A DNA stretch of 64,000 bases from Laetmonice hystrix (Eukaryota). The DNA lies in the NCBI GenBank assembly GCA_965235115.1, contig OZ249439.1:12400001-12464000 (forward strand), in the 5' to 3' direction. Every line of letters starts with the position of its first letter. The first letter of the stretch is position 1. Position numbers and translations under genes: made by a program. The notes below the pieces were generated by a model. That model did no database searches and was not told the DNA's origin. It saw only the letters and a program-made list of their open reading frames with translations. Below are positions 53,301 to 64,000 of the stretch, one piece after another.

Positions 53301-56300
53301 GCAAAAGAGGACAAAACATATACTTATAGTTGTGCGCATATAGTTTCACGGGGTTAGGGTTATACACATGCCTTACTTAGATTGTGAGAACAGCCCCCTC
53401 GCAGTTTGTCCCTCTCCAAAACATAGTATTACCAAAGTTTCCATCGTCAATATTTTCTGGAATCACTGACTCAATAGACCCATAACTCCTGACATACAGG
53501 CAGCTCTCTAGGGCGTCGGAGGGTACGACCCCAACCCCCCAGAACAGGACATCACAGCATAACACTCTCCGTGTCTCTGCATTACTACAGTTGGCCCCCT
53601 ATGCAGAAAACAAACCCTCTTGAAATTGCTGGGTACACCTATACGTGGACACGTCTTCAATCTTATTCCAAGAAAAATAAATTAAACAGAAATGGCATAG
53701 AAAATGACAGAAGAAAATGTTGATTAAAGTTTGCACATTGCTAATTTAAAAAAAGGACACATTTTGTTTTCACTGCGCCACTTTTTTACTTTCAATTTTA
53801 GTTCTTTGTCATTGCTGGTCCCTTTTTCTCGTATTTCAATCCATTGTTTTCAGATCTCTAATTGACGGCTGCCTTTTCTTTCCTCTCAAGGACATGCCAG
53901 AATAATCCGGGCAGGCTGCCCTGTGTATGAGGTTCTCAGTCAATTCGGACAGAGATAGAAGTGTGATGTCACCCGTCTCCTGCTGACTTGGATCCTCGGA
54001 CACCAAAGGAACCCGGAGATTAGCCGACGGTGTCGTCCATAGCCCCCACCCGCCCTCCTCCGGTCGACCACACTCACAGACATTCATTGGTCTCCTGCTG
54101 CCCCGCTATGGTCGGACCACCCGCTAACGTCTGAACCGAGTCTTAACCTGGCCATGTCGTCGGCTGAATGATCCCAGGTAGTTGGTGATAGGTTCGGTAT
54201 AAAGGCTGGTCAGAAGGCGGGAAGAGTCTGGACCTGTGACGTCTGCTGGAAGAACCCAGCGGCCTATCGATGGAGTTCAATAGACACTGGACCAAATCCA
54301 ACAGAATCCACCATGTACAAAACGCATCCACTTATTCATCCACTTCATAAGATGGAAAGCTGGGGGTAAACACGAGTGCATCAACAATAGCCTGACTCGA
54401 CACTGATCATTTACAAGATAAGAATGGAGGCCTGACCGGGATTGGTCCACCACATTGGTCCACAGAGGACATGACCAAACACTGTACCATGAGTGAATAG
54501 TTATTATGTCTCTTCATTATTGCTTCTCCTGCAGATACATTTTCGGAATAAAGAAATATTAACTGAAAGGACCTAGGACACAAAGGCCCGGTTCAATTAG
54601 TTCACCTTAGGACTTCACTGACACGAACAAGCAATTACAGTAGTTTTGTGGCAGTTAAGATCCGATGACTCACCGAAAAGATCGCAAGCTCGTGGTGAGA
54701 AAGTCTCCTGGTTTAGGAAAAATCCAAATTTCCTCACCATTCATCTGATTCCGGATACCAAAGGCTCGCCTAATACACTTCCAGACTTCTCCCAATGTCA
54801 GAATAAAATCACCCCATTTCTGGTCTGGGGCGAAATGTCAGAGGTCATTTTTAGAGCTTGGAGGTGGTCAATAATCGAGCTAACTGTCAGCGACCATAGG
54901 CGATAATTGGTGCCTCCAGCGAGCTCTACTTCATCACCCGACCACCTCAAGTCAACGTGTGAAATCTTTCCACACCTAGATGTTATTTGTTACCATTACA
55001 GTAGTGATATCTGCATGAAGCAACTGTTCCTGGCGCTGTTTTAAGGTTACTTGATTTTCTTGTTATTGAAGGTGTCCGATTATGTACCGGTCGGTAAGAC
55101 ATGGGAAAGGGATGGGGTCCTGAATTGACCCTGTTGGATCCCAATCCCTTTCTAAAATTTTGGATCGAATTTTATATCTGTTTAAAGGGGGGGGGCAAAC
55201 ACGTCAAGATACAAACTACTCCGGTAAGAGAAAAGTAGGTCAATGGAAACGTTCAGTACATTTGCACCAACAAGACAATATCTCATTTATGTTAATCCAG
55301 CTTCCCTGTTCTACCGGCACGTAAACTGCAATATCCCCTCCAGCTTAACGTGGATTCCCTAATCACTTAGCCTGAGCGAAGTGTGCAGTGACATTCCTCT
55401 GACCACACAGCGCCAGACGCCATGTCAGAAGTCAGACAGCTCGATCAATTGATGCTCCTTGTTGTCAGCAGCAGCAGCAACCAATGGGGTGCACCTTGTC
55501 AGAACTGTCAATGGTGTACTCTCCCAAACAAATGTTATTTTGACATCTTCAATTTTGTTTTCTTATTTCGAAAGTGTGTATCATGACGTTGAACGGTACC
55601 CATGACCGGAAGCTAAAGAGAACAAAACAGAATAAAAAATAAATAAAAATGTGAATCAAATACTTTATTTGAATTTTTAGAACTCAAAGCTTTTTTCTTT
55701 TCATCTTATGTTATCTCATGTATTTGTACATCAGAAAACAAATAATTCTGATATTTACATAATATTGATGTCATTCAAGAAGTTAGATATTACAATAAGT
55801 CGTTAATGACCTAGCTACATTTCGACACCTGTACGCTGATGACTATAATATAAACATTTCACGAGTAAAGGGAATAGAGGATATATATAGAAAAAATAGC
55901 AACATATCACCGAAGTGTAGAAGAATGCGGACACTACAAGAGAGGACACTTTCTCCTGACTGATAACAAGATGTAGTTCAGGAAGCAAGTGGGTTAATCT
56001 GGCGAGGGTTGCTTGTGGTGCGGCCCTTGGAGGAAGCATCTAGTGCTTGATTAGCACATCTGAACCACTCACATGTCCATGTCACGCTCGTTATGCTCAT
56101 CATGTATGTATAGGTCTCTCCACCGGTTCCACCACAGGTCAATGAGGTGGCTCATTTATGGCTCAACTGGGCCAATTTAGTAGTCACGTGGTATGATTCA
56201 CGTGAGTTAGCACCTAGTCTGAAGACACTCTCTGCCTTGCCGAGTCAGATTCATACTTGGCGCTGGTCAGTCTGTGCCTATAAACGCTGTGGTTCACTAT

Positions 56301-58307
56301 CAGCGTCATGCAAGGCCCGTCATTCATGGTGGCCACCAAGCGGCCCGGCACGCAGACCGGCCGGCCAGCCGTCCACCCCAAGGACGGTAGTGAAATGTCA
56401 GGAGACCCGGGCAAGGCGGCCTTCCACCATACACACTCGGAGCATGCTGCCCCTCAAGTTCCCACATCATGTCCAAGATCCCAGACAAGTGCTGATTGTC
56501 ATAACATTCGGCCTTATCAGCCAAACGCACCTTTGACAGCTAGGCTGTTGAGACTGAATATCCTACATGTATTCAGTCCCTGTAGTATGCACGGAGTAGA
56601 TGAATTCGTAGAGTTTCTGACACCTTCTCGATATCTCCTCCATTTCCCCCAAGCTGTACCATGGTGCAGGTTTTTGATAACAGTTCTCGCCAGTAAACGA
56701 TCACTGCTGAGGTCGTTAGAACTTCAAACCTGACGTTTAAAAGGTCTCAGCATACTGACACTTGGTCAGTGCATTCACCTAGTGACCTTTCATCTGATGA
56801 TGCTGGTCCAATATTCCAGAACCACTCAAAGAGGACCAAAAGGCCGTATTGCAGTGGAAAGAAGCAAATAAACGTGGCACGAGGACGGACTGCTGTGGTA
56901 ATAAATCCAATTGTATTTCTTCAGTAATATAACAAGAAACTGACGCACAATCTTTTACTACAATTCTGGCCATTGTTATTGCTTCAACCTAGAACTGAGA
57001 TCAATTGGTGTTACATCAACATCCATGACTATAGACATCGCTTTGTCATTTAGGATAACGAAATGACATCACAGGATGATCTATCTGGGGCACCGTGCCA
57101 AGCTCAAGCCAGGGTTGATACGGCCTTTGGGGGTTTCCATTATCAGAGCCGGGTAGCCATTAGAACCCTCATGGGGGTGACCATCTAATGCTGAACTTGA
57201 TGTCCCTATCGTGGATAAATAGCTTCACATTTCTTCTCCAGAATAAGATGAGCGGGTCAGTTTCTCGGGCAGCACAGTTAACCCCAGTCCCTTGCTTTGA
57301 GCCAAGGAGATTGAGAACAATTACCAAAGGGCCTGATCTTATGACCTTGAAAACCATGACAAGGATGGTATCAGATAGCACTAGTGAGAATGCGCGGTCT
57401 TCTGAAAGCAATTCTTTACAAATATAACCTAGGGTTTGTGACAACAAAATTAGACCTGTGTAAGTGATACCAATAATCATAGGTCTTCAGGAACTCAATA
57501 AGATTAGTATCCATAAGCAAAGTTCTCCACCACATAGGCCGAACCAATAGGCTTATAATCATGGGATTATAACAACTCAATGTTATGGACCTGTGAATTA
57601 AAACATGTCCTGCTCGTGTGCCACACACCGCTTCCAGTAGGCTCCCTCTACACTGATGTAGGAGACAAGTCCTCATTTCATTTCATCAAGTAGTCATCCA
57701 GAACCGGCCCGAGAAGCCTCCGATAGACGGTGGATCAATTATCCCAAACTCCTCGGTTACACAACCATTAACAGTGTACCCCTAAACACTCATAATTTAT
57801 CCTAGGGTAGCAGCTATGTTTGAATAGTGGAGACCAGAGTATGAGAATCAATGGCACCCCGGAGATACAAACTATAGCCCCTATGATATAAATTCGAACT
57901 GCACTTCAGATCAAAGATGATCCCTGCGATCCTTTATCATGTTTCAACGCAGCATTTTCTAACCACGTTATAGACAATATACATTTCATCCATGGATTCC
58001 CCCAGCCAGTGTTAGAAGATATAATTTGCTGGGGCCAAGTTCTGAACGTATTTTATGTCTTTTTCAATTGGAATATGACACTGTCGGGAATGACGCATTG
58101 GCCGTCTTGCCACCTGCAGTCCCACAGAGACCTTTCATAATGAGACTATTAAGACTCATCTACACATCGCACTACGTAAAGTGACGGTCTGAAACAGTTG
58201 AACGTTGGATAGCTGCAGTGCAGCTCCTTATAATCAACCCAATAAACGCTACATTGTCCCACTCCTTTACTTGAAGCTGTTTATTACGTCGGAGCCCGGC
58301 CCTCCTA

Positions 58308-59576
58308 AAGCCCCAGTCCCACCAAAGCCGAATTAGCTACGACGTGTCACGATCTGATAAATCGTGTAGAATCGGGAAAGGTCCTAACTCGGTCGTAGAG
58401 TAGTCTTGATAGATCCTCATAGGTCGCGACAATTGTGAACTGTTCAAGATCGGGGCTATATCGTAGGTCAAACGTTGCTCAGTCGGGAATATAGTCGGGG
58501 AATAATCGGGATAGTTCGTTGTTCAGTCCTGGTTTATCGTAGGAAAATTGCCAAAAAAAGTCCCACCAAAGCCGATTGTACTACGTTCCATGCCGTTCTA
58601 TCAAGATCTAAAATTTATTTTAAGTCGTGATGAATCGTGATGAAATAATGACAACCCGAAGACCTAGCTACGAATTGCCACGTTCAACGGCGACTGGGCA
58701 ACGGTTTTCCAAAGATCTCTCAACGATCACGATGCGTGCTATCATGTTCTATCTCGACATCCCCCCGACCTTCCCGACCGAGAAACGTTCTCTACCGACC
58801 TATGCAGATTGAGCTACGTCCTATCAAGAACCCGACCCGATGTTTGACCAACGATGTAGCAACGTTCTATGCCGTCTGAGCCCCGGCCGAGCGACGACCT
58901 GTCCCGATGACGTCAGGGCTAGATCTAGGAAATGTCTGGCGATTGTCCTACGATCAACCAGGACTGAACAACGAACTATCCCGATTGTCCCCCGACTATT
59001 CCCGACTGAGCAACGTTTGACCTACGGTATATCCCCGATTTGAGCTTTTTCCCGACCAGTGCCGATTGTTTTGAACAGTTTAAAATTGTCGGGGTGCAAT
59101 CGTGGCCTATCCCGACCTATGGGGATCTATCAAGACTACTGTACGACCGAGTTAGGACCTTTCCCGATTCTACACGATTTATCAGATCGTGACACGTCGT
59201 AGCTAATTCGGCTTTGGTGGGACTGGGGCTTTAGCCCTGATCTAGACCAGATGTCATCGGGACAGGTCGTAGCTCGGCTGGGGCACGGCATAGAACGTTG
59301 CTACATCGTTTGTCAATCTTGGTATAGGTCGCCATACATCGGGCCGGGATCTTGAGAGGTCGAAGCTCAATCTGCATAGGTCGGCAGTGAACGTTGCTTT
59401 AGTCGTTGCGCTGTCGGGAAGGTCGGGCCGATGTCGGGATAGAACATGATAGATTCGTAGCTAGGTCTTCGGGTTTTCATGATTTCATCACGATTCATCA
59501 CGACGTAAACTAAATTTCAGATTTTGATAGAACGGCATAGAACGTCGTACAATCGGCTTTGGTGGGACTGGGGCTT
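58308..59576. mobile_element. Non-autonomous DNA transposon (MITE), outer copy, interrupted by a second copy
   Basis: Perfect 24 bp TIR AAGCCCCAGTCCCACCAAAGCCGA at 58308 and, inverted, ending at 59576. Flanked by TA on both sides (58306-58307, 59577-59578). No coding capacity; superfamily uncertain. Confidence 0.85.
58559..59231. mobile_element. Second copy of the same MITE family inserted in opposite orientation inside the first
   Basis: Right TIR complete, ending 59231 and followed by TA. Left TIR lacks its first 7 bp (starts AGTCCCACCAAAGCCGA at 58559). Segment 58935-59231 is the reverse complement of 58308-58552, and 58559-58925 is the reverse complement of 59234-59576. Confidence 0.85.
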
Positions 59577-62500
59577 TACCAACCACTACATAACGGGCCA
59601 CGATCATGTACGAGAGACTCGGCAGCGGCGAACATCGACTACCGAGAGGACGGAATATTTCTTGACGAGCTACCATGTGGGGTCCGTTTTGAGCGACGGC
59701 ATGCAGTTCTTGGCGGCAAATTTACAACGCAATGCGGCAATTCTCTGAAGCCAGTCTGTCCAATCACTGCAAACAGTTATTGATCAGGGCACAATTTGAA
59801 GATCACACCACTAGCAGCGCCCCCATTCGGCTCTGATTTACAACACGAACCTTCTTGGCGGCATGTTCGCCTCATTCCCGGAGAAAAAAGGAAGTCATCG
59901 ACAACTGAAAAGATAATGTTCTTCCTACAGTCGGACGGTGAGACTGCTTAGTACAAACTGACACAGCAGTCGTTGATTGATCACATTAAGATATCTCCTC
60001 TACAGAAACGATGTATGGATATTTCAAGAGTTTTATACTTTGGTTTGCCAATGTTGTAATATGTAATCAGGAGAGGGAAAAAAGCAAATTTCAAATACAA
60101 TATTTCATTCGGAACTCCATGACAAATTTTCCTGCAGCCGCATTGTATTAGCATCCTGGCAACACAATGTACTTGTCCTCCATCATTTTTCCTCTGATTT
60201 CTTTAGGAAAAACTATTTGATGATCCTAGGCAGTCATCTGTGATTTACGCCATTCAAAGGAAATGTATTGGAAATGATCCAACACACACACATTCCTTCA
60301 CATCAATGTTTTTCACCTTCTGAAAGCGGTAAAGCCAGGGCATTTATTTTCCCTTCAAAGATAAGGCCTTCAGTTGGAAGCTGAAGATGCATGATGGAGT
60401 ATTGGTATTCGAGTAGAGGCCACATGCTGCTCATAACAATGTCTGATGACGCGTCCAAGTACACAAACTTACTCAAGTTCTTCTAACACAGTCCAAGCTA
60501 TGTTACCCACAGGGTGATGACACTGACACTCACAGACTATAGGTTACTCAAAATGTCTCGTGAATCAAGTCAAACTTAGATTGGTATACTCCTGTTTCAT
60601 ACCACACTCCAGTACGGAATGTATAACCTGTAACTATCATTGGTTTGTGATGAATAACTACCACCTAACGCTACATTTCATCTATACAAATGGTGCTGAT
60701 CCCCTAAAGATAACCATTACACGTCCACACTGTGAGGTCTGGTACCCCCTTGGGAGCACGAAAAAGCTTAGGACTACATCTTAAAAGTAAAGACTGTTTT
60801 CAGCTTTCTCATGGGTCCAATTTTGACGCATTCAATTCAGCCTATGCTGTTAAACATCATCTATAGATTTTCGCGCAACTTCTGAATGCAGCCTTTGATG
60901 CCGAATTACTTCATTTTTTGCGGTTTTCTCGATTTGCGCGCTCCGGTAGAGTAATATGAAAAGGAAGGAGAGATGAAGGCCATTGGCACGGCTGCAGTGC
61001 GGTTATCGGTGTGCAAGTCCTCAGAGGATAGTTGGGCTGTCTGCCGTGGTCTCCACCGATGTTTGATGGTTATGACTCTACTGGGGATGTGTTTAGTGGG
61101 CCATGGTCTATCCTGTCGATAAACCCACCTCTATCTACGAGTCTCCACATGACAATAAAACACCAGCCAGCACTGCAGTACTTGTAATTGCAAAAGATTC
61201 CGGTTCAATGTGACAGGCCTAATTAGTGAGGAGAACGCCCTCGGCGGTCACAACTGTCAGAACGGACAGGTAAGAATTGCCGGAATGTCATCTCATCCGT
61301 CTGTCTGCACAGTAAGAGGTTTTAATGGATTGCAAAATTGATGACTATGTCATTAAAGATTTATAAAGTATATACAATGTACTTTTAAACACGTCACACA
61401 CAAACTATAACATAAGCAGGTGCGAGCGTGCAAATATAAATGAGGAATAAATCAATAAACTCGCTATTTCCGAAAAATGAATGTTGCTGGACAGTAATTT
61501 CAGTACATTATGTTGTTGGGTGTACGCACTGATCCTAACATAGCGAGTAGTTTAACTGCCTCCCTGAAAAAAATCTTTTTCTGTAAAATTAAGATGGCGA
61601 TTCGTGGTCTGATTTGCGTTCCATTTTGTGAATCGGCCGATATTCTTCATCGAAAAACTGAAACAAAAAATGGCGAGTTCGCAAGACTGGAAGACTCCCA
61701 CCTTTTGTTGCTGTCAGGAAGAAGAGCTACTTCTCACCCACTGGGAGTGCCTCGTGGTTAATTCTTCAACCCCCAGTAACGCCAGATTCAACCCGTGAGA
61801 CATACAGGTTTACATCCAAATTGTAGCTACAAAAGGGAGCTGGTACACGGCCACGGCGTATTCCTTTCTTGTTGGGTGGGTTCATGGTTTCTGACCTCCG
61901 GTGACCCCCTATAGCTCATTAAATCGTCCAATGCTAAGGTTCAATGTGTCCCTTCTGTCTAGGTCAGACAAACGCTGTCTAACCGATCAGCAAAAAGCCC
62001 TGCCATTATTCATTCTTGCTTTCAGCAAAACTGCTGTCTGCATTTATTAAGACACCTGGAACAGTTTACTTACTCAAAAGGTGCCCGTAACCATTTAGTC
62101 CAAACAGTACTCGCTCCTATACTAAATCGTGAAAATTATTGCAAGTCTACAGGAAGCATGGTTACCATCCTCTGAGCTCTGACATTTATGTCCATCAAAA
62201 AGTCATGCTCCTAACATCCGAACCCCGACCCTTATCTTTCCTCATCTTCGCCGTCCATAAACTAATACTGCTGAAAGGCACTTGTTTTAAAAAGGGACAA
62301 TCCTATCAACCTGAAAGGGCATCAGTCCTTTTGTGAAGATGACAGGAGTCATCTGACCCCACAATCCCGAGGGCACCGCCCAATTTATGCGCTGTGTTCT
62401 TATGTAGAAAGGAAAGCCTACCCATACAAATAACATTCCTGAAAGGGTTTAAATAGGCCCTACACTATTGTCGCAACATTACTAACGTAACCAACTGACT

Positions 62501-62594
62501 TGTAGCTACTAACCAATCATTTCGTGCGACACTGAAAAGAAAAGCAGCGGCCTCAATATCAAGTAAGAGGACTCGTTTTCCTGGCTGTGGTGCT

Positions 62595-62788
62595 GGAGGC
62601 AAAGCAGGCTGTGGCCTTCAGACAACAATATTGAAGGCAAAGCAGGTCATGGCCTTCATACACCAATATTGAAGGCAAAGCAGGCCGTGGCCTTCAGACA
62701 ACAATATTGAAGGCAAAACAGGCCGTGGCCTTCAGACGCCAATATTGAAGGCAAAGCAGGTCATGGCCTTCAGACACCAATATTGAAG
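62595..62788. repeat. Minisatellite, 38 bp x 5
   Basis: Unit GAAGGCAAAGCAGGCCGTGGCCTTCAGACAACAATATT at 62595, 62633, 62671, 62709 and 62747. Confidence 0.95.
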
Positions 62789-63611
62789 TAGTTGAGACTG
62801 CGGCCCCAGGAGGATGTCCCTCGATCTCCACCCTGGCTTTTAGACGACCCTTCACCGGACAGTGTCCATTCTTATTGCTAACCCCATCCCATAATCATAA
62901 GTTTATCAAATCATAAGGATGCGCCGCTCTTAGACACACTTGTCATAACCAACAAATCAAACGAGGAATGTACGCTCGACAAGAGTCCCTTTTCTTGCCA
63001 CAAAAGGAATGATAACCAGTTTTTTTCTGGTGGGGTCATTTAATTACGGTTTATTGATCAGCGGGCCTGGTGATCTAACTCGCTTTGCGATATTACTAGT
63101 TTAGTCAATCTTTTCTTAATATGGTCCAATAAAAGCTAAAGGCATTGTCCGAAAGTCGAATGATGTAACATTGACATTGCTAACAGTATCGGGAAAAACT
63201 ACGTTATTGACGCAATGTTTTCCAAAGCGGAAGACCGAAGACGATATGAAAAAAGGCAGACGTATACTCATATTCTATATCTTGGCTATATTCAATGAGC
63301 TCTGAAACTAAAACTGTTCATGTGGAGATGTTGTATGTTGAAGTATCTAATGAATATTACCAAAGCCAAATAGGACTTCTCAGGAGATCACTAGCCTGTT
63401 GTGTATAGGCTGTATGAGAGTCTACAGGCGAAGGTAGCTGCTCCGTCCACTTCTATTTGATCATAACCGAGTTTTCCCCTTGAAAGAGTCCTCTGTGGTC
63501 CGAGTCCATTTCTGTGAGAGGCATACTTCCAGCGGGTCTCGCTTCCTGCAGCACCGACTGACAACAACCACAGTGATTCAGAATCCACAATCTTTTCAGG
63601 TTGTCCTTGTC

Positions 63612-64000
63612 TCTCTTCGTATTCTGAGTGGGCGGTTCGTCCAGGGACTGCCTGGGCCTATTCTTATTCTGATTGGGCGGTTCGACCAGGAACTCCCTGG
63701 GCCTATTCTTATTCTGATTGGGCGGTTCGGCCAGGAACTCCCTATATCTCTTCGTATTCTGAGTGGGCGGTTCGGCCGGGAACTCCCTATATCTCTTCGT
63801 ATTCTGAGTGGGCGGTTCGGCCAGGAACTCCCTATATCTCTTCGTATTCTGAGTGGGCGGTTCGGCCAGGAACTCCCTATATCTCTTCGTATTCTGAGCG
63901 GGCGGTTCGGTCAGGAACTCCCTGGGCCTCTTCTTATTCTGAGTGGGCGGTTCGTCCAGGGACTGCCTGTTTTTCTTCTTATTCTGAGTGGGCGGTTCGG
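63612..64000. repeat. Minisatellite, 45 bp x 9 or more, runs off the window end; two unit variants
   Basis: ATTCTGAGTGGGCGGTTCGGCCAGGAACTCCC... recurs at 63621, 63666 and every 45 bp to 63981; variants ...TATATCTCTTCGT and ...TGGGCCTATTCTT. Every unit has a GC box (GGGCGG). Confidence 0.97.

Noticed and set aside
59559-59783. Protein-like short ORFs right of the nested MITE
   Set aside because: Under 75 aa, begin within or at the MITE TIR, and show no recognisable transposase or other motif.

Overview
Eukaryotic (animal) genomic DNA; the protocadherin architecture suggests an invertebrate bilaterian, probably a lophotrochozoan (inference only). The one protein-coding gene I can support is a minus-strand delta-1-type protocadherin. 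Its signal peptide, 7 cadherin repeats, TM helix and start of the cytoplasmic tail lie in a single 2.7 kb coding exon (ATG 4730 to splice donor 2007|2006); any later coding exons are probably outside the window. A candidate core promoter (TATA-like box at -30, Inr, CTCF-like, E2F and DRE motifs) and first non-coding exon sit about 1.7 kb upstream of the large exon, at 6.46-6.71 kb. The remaining ~57 kb has no recognisable gene. It holds about ten unrelated minisatellites, including a 3.1 kb array of interspersed 73 and 49 bp units, and several MITE-like inverted-repeat elements, including one element inserted in reverse into another copy of its own family (58.3-59.6 kb). There is no CRISPR array, rRNA, tRNA or intact transposase/RT. 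I found no clear-cut new biological system. The best leads are a possible read-through protocadherin isoform ending in an SH3-ligand motif, a CTCF-like site abutting the predicted promoter, the self-nested MITE with an unusually homogenised arm, and an incipient higher-order repeat in the large minisatellite. All motif and repeat analyses were done by eye.
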